From contig DEWF01000005.1 in the NCBI GenBank assembly GCA_002363545.1, forward strand, positions 44,294 to 108,293: 64,000 nt of DNA, given 5' to 3'. This DNA comes from Christensenella sp. UBA3217. GTDB taxonomy: Bacteria > Bacillota > Clostridia > Christensenellales > CAG-1252. The position numbers and the translations under genes are program-made. The first letter of the stretch is position 1, and each line of letters begins with the position of its first letter. Shown here in pieces: positions 43,192 to 53,122 of this stretch. The notes under the pieces are model-generated. The model did no database searches. It worked only from the letters and a program-made list of their open reading frames with translations, and was not told where the DNA came from.

Positions 43192-45735
43192 ATGTCAGCT
43201 AAAGAAGCAAAAGCAAGAATAAAAATAAATAAAATGCTGGAATCGGCAGGTTGGCGTTTCTTCGATAGTGAAGAAGGTCCAGCTAACATTCAGGTGGAAG
43301 CCAACGTCAAAATTTCCCAAAAGCAATTTGATGATTTTGGCGAAAACTTTGAGAAAACTAGAAACGGCTTTATCGATTTTCTCCTTCTTGACGATAAGGG
43401 GAAACCGTTCATCGTATTAGAAGCGAAGTCGGAAGAAAAAGATCCTCTTGTCGGGAAAGAACAAGCCCGCGCATATGCTAAAAGCAACTGCGTGAAATAT
43501 GTGATTTTATCAAACGGAAATATCCATTATTTTTGGAATATTTACAAAGGAAATCCGCAGATCATTTTATCTTTTCCTTCATATGAGAGTGTTCAGGAGA
43601 GCAAAGCGTTAAATTCCGATCCTGCCAGGATTTATAATGAGGAAGTAAATTCTGATTATATTTCAGTTGTCAAGGAGCCGCGATATGCGGAAGCGCCGGA
43701 ATATCAGAATCAGGAAACAAGAGCGCAGTTTTTAAGGGATCGCGGACTGAGAATGATGCGCCAATATCAAGTGAATGCGATCAAGGCACTTCAAAAATCC
43801 GTTAAAGAAGGAAATCAACGATTCTTGTTTGAAATGGCGACCGGCACGGGCAAAACCCTAACTGCCGCGGCGGTCATTCGACTATTCCTTCGTAGCGGCA
43901 ACGCAAATAGAGTTTTGTTTTTGGTGGATCGTATCGAGCTTGAAAATCAAGCTAAGAAGAACTTCATCAATTACTTAAAGCCTGATTATCAAACGGTTGT
44001 TTTCAAAGAACACACCGACGATTGGCGTAAGGCGGATATTGTTGTTTCTACAGTGCAAACGCTTGCGTTTAACAATAAGTATAAAAGCGTGTTCAAACCG
44101 ACGGATTTTTCGTTGATAATTGCTGATGAAAGTCACCGTTCCATCAGTGGAAACAGTCGAGCAGTGTTTGAATACTTTATCGGTTACAAACTCGGTTTGA
44201 CGGCGACTCCAAAAGACTATTTGAAAAACGTGGACGCGGATGACCTTTCGTCAAGCGATCCCCGAGCATGGGAGCGCAGGCAACTTTTGGATACATATCG
44301 CACCTTCGGTTGCGAAAGCGGAGAACCGACATTCAGGTATTCGTTGATCGACGGTGTTAACGATCCGGACGGACCGTTCTTGGTCAATCCCACGATTGTG
44401 GATGCGCGTACCGATATAACGACGCAACTTCTTGCAGACGAAGGCTATGCCGTACTGCAGAAAGAAGACGAAGAAGATGAAGATGCGGAAGAAACTTTCT
44501 TTGCTCGCGACTTTGAAAGAAAATTCTTTTCGGACGAAACTAACAAGATGTTTGTAAAAACGTTTATGGATAATGCGCTTCGCGATCCTATTTCCGGAGA
44601 GATCGGCAAGGGCATCGTTTTCTGCGTCAGCAGAAAGCACGCCGCGAAAATTACACAACTTTTGAATGTTTACGCAGACAAAATGTTTCCTGGAAAGTAC
44701 TGTTCTGATTTTGCCATGCAGATAACATCAGACGTACAAAACGCGCAGGAATACACGATCAGTTTCCAAAACAACAATTTGAGCGGAACGAGCGGATTCC
44801 TTGAAGGATATAAATCTTCCAAGACGCGTATTTGCGTGACCGTAGGAATGATGACGACTGGGTATGACTGCGAAGATTTGTTAAATATCGGTTTGTTCCG
44901 TCCGATATTCTCTCCAACTGACTTTATTCAGATCAAAGGGCGCGGTACGCGCACGTTTACCTTCAATTACAAAACGCGGCAGAACGGAGAATGGCATGAG
45001 GAAAAAGTTGCCAAAAGCACTTTCAAACTCTTCGATTTCTTCGGAAATTGTGAGTTTTTTGAAGATAAATTCAATTACGATGAGATTATAAAACTCCCAC
45101 GGATAGCTGCAAAAACCGGAAATGACGGCGGTGAAGGAAGAGCCGTATCTATCGACACGTTTGAAAGCTTTGCGCCCGATCCGCTCAAATCGATCAAGGA
45201 AACGCAAGTCGGTTTGCAAGGGATGAAAATCGATCGAATGTTCTTTGAAAAATTCGAAGAGGTCGTCAAGAAGGACGAAACCGCCAAGGCTTCTTTCGAG
45301 GCGGGCGATTATGCGGGGACGCAACGCTATATCGAAGATAAATATATCGATAAACCGACGGAGTTCTTTACTTGGGAAAAACTCCGTAGGGCATCAGGCG
45401 TCGATCGCAGAGTAACCGTCAGAGAAATATTGGATAAAGTTTTCGGCTTGATTTCAAAGTTCAAAAGTAAGAAAGAACTGGTGGGCGATGAGTTCGACGG
45501 CTATTTGTTGACCTGCGGCGTGCCTGCCGGAGACTTTTATGAGGTCAGACATTTCTTCGAAACCTATTTGACGGATAAAGAAGTCCGTCGAGCGATCGAA
45601 GATAAGAAGTTCCAACTGCTCGGCACCCAAATCCCGAGTTATACGATGGCGGATCTGAGACGTCTCGGCAAAAAGAATATGCAAAGTGTTATCGGATATG
45701 TAAACGATAACGTAAATTTATCTAAATTCATGTGA
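43192..45735 (+). CDS. hsdR: Type I restriction enzyme R subunit-like (COG4096-type): PD-(D/E)xK nuclease + SF2 translocase
   Basis: HSDR_N-like AKARIKINKMLESAGW. Nuclease motif IDFLLLDD..FIVLEAKS. Motif I MATGTGKT, motif II IIADESHRS, motif VI IKGRGTR. Confidence 0.8.
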   Translation: MSAKEAKARIKINKMLESAGWRFFDSEEGPANIQVEANVKISQKQFDDFGENFEKTRNGFIDFLLLDDKGKPFIVLEAKSEEKDPLVGKEQARAYAKSNCVKYVILSNGNIHYFWNIYKGNPQIILSFPSYESVQESKALNSDPARIYNEEVNSDYISVVKEPRYAEAPEYQNQETRAQFLRDRGLRMMRQYQVNAIKALQKSVKEGNQRFLFEMATGTGKTLTAAAVIRLFLRSGNANRVLFLVDRIELENQAKKNFINYLKPDYQTVVFKEHTDDWRKADIVVSTVQTLAFNNKYKSVFKPTDFSLIIADESHRSISGNSRAVFEYFIGYKLGLTATPKDYLKNVDADDLSSSDPRAWERRQLLDTYRTFGCESGEPTFRYSLIDGVNDPDGPFLVNPTIVDARTDITTQLLADEGYAVLQKEDEEDEDAEETFFARDFERKFFSDETNKMFVKTFMDNALRDPISGEIGKGIVFCVSRKHAAKITQLLNVYADKMFPGKYCSDFAMQITSDVQNAQEYTISFQNNNLSGTSGFLEGYKSSKTRICVTVGMMTTGYDCEDLLNIGLFRPIFSPTDFIQIKGRGTRTFTFNYKTRQNGEWHEEKVAKSTFKLFDFFGNCEFFEDKFNYDEIIKLPRIAAKTGNDGGEGRAVSIDTFESFAPDPLKSIKETQVGLQGMKIDRMFFEKFEEVVKKDETAKASFEAGDYAGTQRYIEDKYIDKPTEFFTWEKLRRASGVDRRVTVREILDKVFGLISKFKSKKELVGDEFDGYLLTCGVPAGDFYEVRHFFETYLTDKEVRRAIEDKKFQLLGTQIPSYTMADLRRLGKKNMQSVIGYVNDNVNLSKFM

Positions 45736-45744
45736 GGAAAGTGT

Positions 45745-48219
45745 ATGCTGAACTTTGATGTCAAAAGAAAAATAAATACGTTGCGTGATATATTGGTGGG
45801 CAAAGTCCCCGATCCGAAGGCGCAGGTCGAACAGATCACCATAGCCTTGATCTATAAGTTTATGGACGATATGGATCTTCAAGGGAAAGACTTTGGAGCG
45901 GAAAGAGTGTTTTTCAAAGGTGATTTTGAAAAGTATGCTTTTTCTCAAATCATGCTTGCGGAGCATAGCGCGCAAGAACGTCTAAATCTGTATGCGGAAG
46001 GAATGGACAAAATGACAACCAATCCCGATCTTCCTCAACTTTTCCGCGACATTTTGCGCAATACCTATATCCCCTATCGCGATCCTGAAACGTTGAACCG
46101 CTTTTTGAAAGAAATCAATGAGTTTTCTTATGAAGACAGCGAAGAACTCGGCAATGCGTTTGAGTATTTGCTCTCTATTATGGGCAGTCAAGGCGACGCA
46201 GGCCAATTCCGTACCCCTCGCCATATCATCGATATGATGGTGGAGATTGTTGCGCCGACGAAGAACGAAACCATTCTCGACCCCGCTTGCGGAACCGCAG
46301 GATTCTTAATCAGCGCATACAACTATATCAAGAAGAGCAATCTTGACGAGAAAAACAACTCCAAACTATCGGCGGACGATAAAAACCGTATGACGGAGAA
46401 TTTTGCCGGATACGATATTTCGCCCGATATGGTCAGGCTTTCCCGCGTGAATATGTATTTGCACGGTTTTACCAAGCCAAACATCAGCGAATACGACACG
46501 TTGACCAGTTTGGATAGGTGGGATGATAACTACGATGTGGTTTTGGCAAATCCGCCGTTTATGACGCCGAAGGGCGGCATCGTTCCGCACAATCGTTACC
46601 GCGTTTCCGCCAAGCGAGCGGAAGTGCTGTTCGTGGATTATATTGCCGAGCACTTGAATCCCGCGGGCAGGGCGGCGATCATTGTCCCGGAGGGTATTGT
46701 TTTTCAATCGCAAACGGCATATAAAGAATTACGTAAATTCCTTGTTGAAGACGGTTATTTGTATGGCGTTATTTCTCTCCCTGCCGGTGTGTTCAATCCG
46801 TATAGCGGCGTTAAAACGAGCGTTCTTTTGCTCGACCGTGCTTTGGCGAGAAAAACGGATAGTATCCTTTTTGTAAAACTGAATAACGACGGCTTCGATC
46901 TCGGCGCGCAACGTCGTGAGATCAAGGGAAGCGAGATCCCCGACGTTATCAATATTTTCAAAGATTATCAAAAGGGAATTGAAGTTGACGGCAGACAAAA
47001 CGTAGTTCTTGCAAAGAAAAGTGATATAACTAAGCAGGACTATATTCTTGTTGGGGATAGATATCAACTTGCAGATGTTTATCAATCGAAATGGCCTACT
47101 GTAAAACTCAGCGAACTCAGTGAAATAATAACAAAAGGGACAACGCCAACGACACTAGGTTTTAATTATACAGATGGCGGAATTCGATTTATAAAAATAG
47201 AGAATATCTCTTTAAATAATGAATTGCTGAATAACGAATATGCGTTCATATCTGAAGAATGCAATAAAGCATTATATAGGAGTGTATTGCGAGAAGATGA
47301 CATCCTTTTTTCTATTGCAGGAGCATTAGGACGATGTGCAATAGTCAAAAAAGAATACTTGCCTGCCAATACCAACCAAGCCCTCGCAATAATAAGGCTA
47401 AAGGATAAAAGAGTGGTAAAATATGTTAAGATGATTTTATCGTCTTCCGCAATTAAAGATCAGATTACTTCCCTAAAAACTGGTGTCGCACAGTATAATT
47501 TGTCGTTAAAACAAATCGGAGATATTACAATACCTCTTCCGCCTTTATCCGTGCAGGAAGAAATTGTCGCCGAGATAGAATCGTATCAAAAAATTATCGA
47601 CGGTGCCCGTCAAGTTGTAGAAAACTATAAGCCGACTATCAAGATTGATCCGACGTGGAAGATCGTTCCGCTTGGTCAAGTATGCGTTACATCGTCTGGT
47701 GGTACTCCCAAAAGCACAAATCGTGAGTATTATGAAAATGGCACTATCAATTGGTTGAAAAGTGGTGAGGTTGCTAATGGGTACATTTATTCTACTGAAC
47801 AAAAGATAACAGAGAAAGCGTTAGAGGAATCTTCTGCAAAAGTTTTTCCCGCAGAAACAGTTGTAATAGCGATGTATGGCGCAACAGCGGGGCAAGTTGG
47901 CATCTTAAAAATTGCCAGTGCCACAAACCAAGCGGTTTGTGGAATACTGCCGAATAAAGTTTTTGAATCCGAATTTCTATATTTATACATGTTATCAAAA
48001 CACGATTATTTTATCAAACAGTCAACAGGTGGAGCTCAACCAAACATTTCTCAAATGCTGATAAGAAAAACCGGAGTGCCGTTAGTTGATTTGGAAGAAC
48101 AAAAGAAAGTAGTCGCACGAATTCATCTCGAAATGAATATTGTTGAGCAAAATAAAAACTTAATTAAAATCTTTGAGCAAAAGATCAAAGAAAAAATCTC
48201 TGAGGTTTGGGGAGAGTAA
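45745..48219 (+). CDS. hsdM: Fused type I methyltransferase-specificity polypeptide (HsdM N-half, two-TRD HsdS C-half)
   Basis: GQFRTPRHI, motif I LDPACGTAGFL, motif IV VLANPPF. Two TRD starts follow (WPTVKLSELSEIITKGTTP and WKIVPLGQVCVTSSGGTPK), each followed by a conserved helical spacer. Confidence 0.8.
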   Translation: MLNFDVKRKINTLRDILVGKVPDPKAQVEQITIALIYKFMDDMDLQGKDFGAERVFFKGDFEKYAFSQIMLAEHSAQERLNLYAEGMDKMTTNPDLPQLFRDILRNTYIPYRDPETLNRFLKEINEFSYEDSEELGNAFEYLLSIMGSQGDAGQFRTPRHIIDMMVEIVAPTKNETILDPACGTAGFLISAYNYIKKSNLDEKNNSKLSADDKNRMTENFAGYDISPDMVRLSRVNMYLHGFTKPNISEYDTLTSLDRWDDNYDVVLANPPFMTPKGGIVPHNRYRVSAKRAEVLFVDYIAEHLNPAGRAAIIVPEGIVFQSQTAYKELRKFLVEDGYLYGVISLPAGVFNPYSGVKTSVLLLDRALARKTDSILFVKLNNDGFDLGAQRREIKGSEIPDVINIFKDYQKGIEVDGRQNVVLAKKSDITKQDYILVGDRYQLADVYQSKWPTVKLSELSEIITKGTTPTTLGFNYTDGGIRFIKIENISLNNELLNNEYAFISEECNKALYRSVLREDDILFSIAGALGRCAIVKKEYLPANTNQALAIIRLKDKRVVKYVKMILSSSAIKDQITSLKTGVAQYNLSLKQIGDITIPLPPLSVQEEIVAEIESYQKIIDGARQVVENYKPTIKIDPTWKIVPLGQVCVTSSGGTPKSTNREYYENGTINWLKSGEVANGYIYSTEQKITEKALEESSAKVFPAETVVIAMYGATAGQVGILKIASATNQAVCGILPNKVFESEFLYLYMLSKHDYFIKQSTGGAQPNISQMLIRKTGVPLVDLEEQKKVVARIHLEMNIVEQNKNLIKIFEQKIKEKISEVWGE

Positions 48220-48221
48220 GT

Positions 48222-49226
48222 ATGAATAGCGCACGAATAAAAGAATGCACAGAATTGTCATCGGAAATCCTAAAAAACTTTGAGTTGTCTGAAGTTCCTG
48301 TTAGCAATATTATTTTGAAAAGCTTGCGTCTTTGTAGGTTACTTGGCGATGAAGACGGAATTTTGCTTTTTACCTATGAGTCTTCCGGCTATCCCAGTGG
48401 AGCAAATGGTATGTCTGCGGATTCTTGGAGAATAGCCAAAATGGCAGGGAGGAGATATTTTTCAAAAGAAAAGGATAAAAATGGCAAAGAGAAAAATGTT
48501 GAGTACGCAAAAACTCAATTAATAGCAGAACTTGAAGAATTTATTGAATCGCAAAAAATAAGTTTGTCGTCTTCTAATGATCCAAACGTATCTATTTCAT
48601 CTGCAAATCCAAGTCAATTTGTTCATACCCCGCAAGGGAACGCTAGTGTAAGAAGGTCTATCGTATTATCTATTACAGAATCGCAAAAATGGCTTCAAAA
48701 GATTAAAGGATGTTTATATAATTACATCTTGCAAATATACAATAAACTTTCTTATGGAAATATTATAGAAGATACATTCACAAAATCGCGATTGATGACA
48801 AACGATAAATTGGCAACTATGTGCCCTCAAGCAATTAATAAATTTGTTTCAGTATATGAAAACATGGATTCTGATAATTCTGAGGACTGGGCAAATGCAG
48901 TGCATTCTTGCCGCCGTATTTTGGTTGATTTGGCAGACTCACTATATCCGCCACAAGACGAGCCTATCGTTGTTGAAGGGAAAAAGATAAAAATTGGGAA
49001 AGATCAATATATTAATCGACTAATGCAGTTTATATCTGAGAAATCTTCAAGTAAAACATATAAGGATATTGTAGGCTCGGATTTGTCATTCATTGGCAAT
49101 AGACTTGATGCGATAAATGATGCAGTTTGTAAAGGGACACATTCGAATTTAACGAAAGATGAAGCGTCGAGATATATCCTGCATACTTATTTGTTAATTA
49201 GCGATATTATCGCATTGATAGAGTAA
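48222..49226 (+). CDS. AbiTii-like N-terminal domain protein (334 aa)
   Basis: VSNIILKSLRLCRLLGDEDGILLFTYESSGYP resembles the AbiTii N-domain pattern (LRK..lA..L......W...ELnGY). C-terminal helical module ends KGTHSNLTKDEASRYILHTYLLISDI. The ATG lies 2 nt after the hsdMS stop. Confidence 0.5.
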   Translation: MNSARIKECTELSSEILKNFELSEVPVSNIILKSLRLCRLLGDEDGILLFTYESSGYPSGANGMSADSWRIAKMAGRRYFSKEKDKNGKEKNVEYAKTQLIAELEEFIESQKISLSSSNDPNVSISSANPSQFVHTPQGNASVRRSIVLSITESQKWLQKIKGCLYNYILQIYNKLSYGNIIEDTFTKSRLMTNDKLATMCPQAINKFVSVYENMDSDNSEDWANAVHSCRRILVDLADSLYPPQDEPIVVEGKKIKIGKDQYINRLMQFISEKSSSKTYKDIVGSDLSFIGNRLDAINDAVCKGTHSNLTKDEASRYILHTYLLISDIIALIE

Positions 49227-49238
49227 AGAGGCATACTT

Positions 49239-50372
49239 ATGAAAAGTGATGGACATACCACTATAAATGCGAAAGCGGAAGAGCCTCTGGATTTTTCGGT
49301 TGCACTCGATAAAATTCTTGAGTACTTACCTCAAGAGTATTCGGATAAAACAGAAAAGCAATATATTGATGCTCTTATCCTTGCGACTCGTACTAGTTAT
49401 GAAAATGGGCTATATCAATTTGCATATATCCAGTACCATATGCTTTTTATGACTGCCGTGTATTATGCTCTTTTGCAAATTTCTTTCGTGCATAAAAAAG
49501 AACTTGAAAAAGGGCTATATTATTTATTAAAAGATAGGTATTCGGAGTTTTGGAAGGAAAGTAACACAAAAAAAGGGGAACTCTATTTCGGCAGTTTTGC
49601 CATAATAAACGAAAGCGACGTTTTTATGTTGCTTCGAGTGGTAGGATTAGAGAACGATTTTTTGGGTGAATTGAAGGATTTGGTTAAGCAACGAAATAAT
49701 TATGCTCACGCAAATGGGCAACTCTTGCTGACATCCGATGATCTATTTCTTGATGCCATAAGTAACTATAATGAAAAAGCAGAAAAAGTAATAAATTTTT
49801 TAAAAACAGATTTAATTGCTTTTTACAAGAAAAGTATAGGTGAAAAAGACTTCTACGATCCTGAAATACGTGCTTGTTCAGATGCGGACGAACAAATGGA
49901 ACAAGAGTTTATTAAAAAGTATTCTCTTTCTCAAACAGAATTAAACTGGTTGCGAAAAATTCAATTGTCTGAGTTTGATGATATGAATGGTGCAGAAGAG
50001 ATAAAGACACTTCATTGTGCATTGATTCATTATTATATCGAATTGACACGAGACGATTATATACCGATTGCAGATACTTATATTCAAAATAAATACCATG
50101 AAAATGCGGTGGGTTTTATAGAAAATGAGATGGGTATTAGCGCCTATGAATGCGGCAAATATGGGGCTGAATTCCCGTTGTATGAATGCCCTGAATGTGG
50201 AGAAGAGCAACTCGTTTTTGACCAAGAAAACGGTAAATATCATTGTTTTGCATGTGATGAAGATTTTACTACTGAAGATTTAGCGCGTTGTGACCGTTGT
50301 GGGTGTTTGATGAAACGAGATGACGATTGGCAGCTTTGTGGAAATTGCACAGAAGAGATAAAGAGAGATTAA
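49239..50372 (+). CDS. HEPN-like protein with C-terminal double zinc ribbon
   Basis: LVKQRNNYAHANG fits the HEPN R-x4-H (RN..AH) RNase motif. C-terminus has CPECGEE..HCFACDED and CDRCGC..LCGNC. Confidence 0.55.
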   Translation: MKSDGHTTINAKAEEPLDFSVALDKILEYLPQEYSDKTEKQYIDALILATRTSYENGLYQFAYIQYHMLFMTAVYYALLQISFVHKKELEKGLYYLLKDRYSEFWKESNTKKGELYFGSFAIINESDVFMLLRVVGLENDFLGELKDLVKQRNNYAHANGQLLLTSDDLFLDAISNYNEKAEKVINFLKTDLIAFYKKSIGEKDFYDPEIRACSDADEQMEQEFIKKYSLSQTELNWLRKIQLSEFDDMNGAEEIKTLHCALIHYYIELTRDDYIPIADTYIQNKYHENAVGFIENEMGISAYECGKYGAEFPLYECPECGEEQLVFDQENGKYHCFACDEDFTTEDLARCDRCGCLMKRDDDWQLCGNCTEEIKRD

Positions 50373-50386
50373 GAGTGGATATACAA

Positions 50387-53122
50387 ATGAACGAGTTTGA
50401 TCAAAACATTATTACCGTAAGCGACAATATCTGCAAAAATATTGCATCCATCCCTGATGGAGAGCGTGGTTTTGTATCGCAAAACATATTAAGCAATTTG
50501 CGAAATCTTGTTGAAGCTGTAGACCAGCGCATTTTTAGTGATATAGAACCTATTGAATTAAATTGCTATAACGATATCGAAAAAGCGATAAAATATGTTG
50601 CATCTCGTGGGAATTTGAGATTTTTAAGCAAGTTTCATGATTTTTTGCAGGCTTCAGTTTCGCATTATACACCGGATGAGGATAGTTCTATACGGTTGAT
50701 GTTGAAGTATTATGAATGGTTGCTCAAGATTCGTGATTACTGCAAGACGGTTTTCTCTTTAGATATTTTGGGCAACTTAGAGGACTACCCATTACAACAA
50801 GACGAATCGTTAAAAGAGTATTATGACAAAATTGCTTGTAAGTTGGAAACCGCAAGATACTATAATAGCCAGCCTAATAACAGATTTTATATTGAAAAAA
50901 ACAAGCCGTTTTTTGTTGACGGGAAAACATATTATCAATTAACGGTAACACCTGCCGATGATTTTTCGAGCAAATTTGATAGGATAATTGTTTTTTCTGA
51001 TCGTGATATCCCTTCATATTACGCCATCAAACTTGATTTTATAGACAGTTCTATCGACATTATCGATAGAGTAATGCCTATAAAAATCGTTAATAATTAT
51101 ACCGTTGCAATTCGCCCTGTTGAATTTGAAGATATAGCGTCGATTTTAGGCGTAAATAAAGTCAATGTCGGCACAAAAGAAAACAGGTTTATGATGGATT
51201 ATTTGACCAAGACTGGTGCGAATCTTACTGAGATTATCAATTATGAACAAAAATATTATGATCAACTTAAAAATGAACTAATTAGCAGATGCGAGTCAAA
51301 TAATTTTTTCATAATGCTTGATAAATGCAGAGCTTTATCGAAAAATAAAAGTTCAGGGCACAATATAATTCGTTATTTGCTATTGCGCTTGCGACACGGT
51401 GTTATGAAGGCACAAATTCAATCAACTGAAAACAATTGGTTATCTAATTTGTGCTTATTAAATGAGAGTATTCCTTTTGATAAAATGCCTTTTGACGCAT
51501 CTCTTCATAATCACAATCCATCTCTATTTGATATTTTTTCAAGCATAAATATTAAAGGGCACGAAGAGGAACTGCTTTCAAGGAAAGTGCGCACCAATAC
51601 CGAACAAAAAGTTCAATTATTTACACCAATAGAAGATGTAAAAAAATATGGTGATGTAGAGGAATTGGCAAATAGGTTTAACTCACGTCTTATCCCCAAG
51701 CACAAACCCGTTAGAAGTTTGATAATCGAACACGGACAAATCCATATAAAAGGTTATGTGGATGACACTATTTGGATAATTAATAATCTTATTAGCAGAC
51801 AAGAGAGCGGATTAGCCGGGTACAAAAATTCGATGATATCTTGGGTAAATACAAATCCTGCGGTAGATTCGGAAGAAAAAAAGAAGATTTTACCTAATAT
51901 TTTTGATAGTTCCAATTTAGCGTTGATTTATGGCGCAGCAGGAACCGGCAAAACAACACTAATTAAACATTTGGCAGATTACTTTTCAAATGAAAGTAAA
52001 CTGTTCTTGGCGAATACAAATCCAGCGAAGGAACATCTTCGCAGAGAAATAAAAACAAAAAATAGCGAATTCAGTACCATAGCAGGAAGCAAACAGTATT
52101 TGAAATACTCTTATGATGTAGTTTTTATTGACGAATGTAGTACTGTGGACAATTTATCAATGAAAAAACTGTTACAGCAATTATCATGTAAATTATTAGT
52201 GCTTGTAGGAGATGTGTTTCAGATACAATCCATATCATTTGGTAATTGGTTTGGTCTTGCTCGTTATTTCTTGCCTAAAAGCATAATTTTTGAGCTGACT
52301 ACACCTTACAGGGGGCAACAAAATAATAATCTTATTGGTTTATGGAATCGCGTACGAGAACTTGATCCGCAAATTGCAGAATATATCTATAGAAACAAAT
52401 ATTCTGCAACTTTAGATGATGGGACTATTTTTGCAAACGATTTAACTGATAGAATTATTTTATGCTTGAATTACGACGGCTTATATGGAATTAATAATAT
52501 AAATCGATTTTTACAAAACGATAATCCTAATCCTCCAATCACATGGGACTCATGGATATACAAAGTCAATGATCCGGTTTTATTTAATGAACATAATCGC
52601 TTTTATCCCACTCTTTACAATAATTTAAAAGGTTGGATTCGTGATATCAAAAAGGATGATTATTCTATAACTTTTACTGTGGAAATAGATATGCCGATCA
52701 ATGGATTCGGAGCGTCTGAAGCAGGTTTTGAGTTGTTGGAGTGTGATGTGTCTGGGCATTCAATTATTAGGTTTACCGTGGGCAAATATGTTGATGACGA
52801 TAGTAGAGAAAGAAAACAAGAACAAGTGGTTCCTTTTCAAGTTGCTTATGCAGTATCAATACATAAAGCACAAGGACTTGAATACGATTCCGTGAAAATC
52901 GTTGTAACAAATGAGATAGAAGAGTTAATCTCTCACAATATTTTTTATACGGCAATTACTCGCGCAAAGAGAAAACTGAAAATATATTGGCAACCTGAAA
53001 CGCAACAGAAAATATTGTCTACCATAGAACCAATTTCCAACAAAAAAGATGCCTATATTATTGAAGCGAAATATGGGTTGAAGATATTGAATATGGTAAA
53101 ACAAGTAAAAAGGACGATTTAA
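50387..53122 (+). CDS. RecD/Dda-like SF1 helicase with ~530-aa uncharacterised N-terminal region
   Basis: Walker A YGAAGTGKTT, Walker B VVFIDECS, LVLVGDVFQ, AVSIHKAQGLEYDSV, FYTAITRAKRKLKIY. The ATG at 50387 follows the upstream stop by 14 nt. Confidence 0.8.
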   Translation: MNEFDQNIITVSDNICKNIASIPDGERGFVSQNILSNLRNLVEAVDQRIFSDIEPIELNCYNDIEKAIKYVASRGNLRFLSKFHDFLQASVSHYTPDEDSSIRLMLKYYEWLLKIRDYCKTVFSLDILGNLEDYPLQQDESLKEYYDKIACKLETARYYNSQPNNRFYIEKNKPFFVDGKTYYQLTVTPADDFSSKFDRIIVFSDRDIPSYYAIKLDFIDSSIDIIDRVMPIKIVNNYTVAIRPVEFEDIASILGVNKVNVGTKENRFMMDYLTKTGANLTEIINYEQKYYDQLKNELISRCESNNFFIMLDKCRALSKNKSSGHNIIRYLLLRLRHGVMKAQIQSTENNWLSNLCLLNESIPFDKMPFDASLHNHNPSLFDIFSSINIKGHEEELLSRKVRTNTEQKVQLFTPIEDVKKYGDVEELANRFNSRLIPKHKPVRSLIIEHGQIHIKGYVDDTIWIINNLISRQESGLAGYKNSMISWVNTNPAVDSEEKKKILPNIFDSSNLALIYGAAGTGKTTLIKHLADYFSNESKLFLANTNPAKEHLRREIKTKNSEFSTIAGSKQYLKYSYDVVFIDECSTVDNLSMKKLLQQLSCKLLVLVGDVFQIQSISFGNWFGLARYFLPKSIIFELTTPYRGQQNNNLIGLWNRVRELDPQIAEYIYRNKYSATLDDGTIFANDLTDRIILCLNYDGLYGINNINRFLQNDNPNPPITWDSWIYKVNDPVLFNEHNRFYPTLYNNLKGWIRDIKKDDYSITFTVEIDMPINGFGASEAGFELLECDVSGHSIIRFTVGKYVDDDSRERKQEQVVPFQVAYAVSIHKAQGLEYDSVKIVVTNEIEELISHNIFYTAITRAKRKLKIYWQPETQQKILSTIEPISNKKDAYIIEAKYGLKILNMVKQVKRTI

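Noticed and set aside
42414-43289. 291-aa minus-strand ORF
   Set aside because: It is antisense to the AAA_14/DUF4143 ATPase and the start of hsdR, and it has no RBS or motifs.
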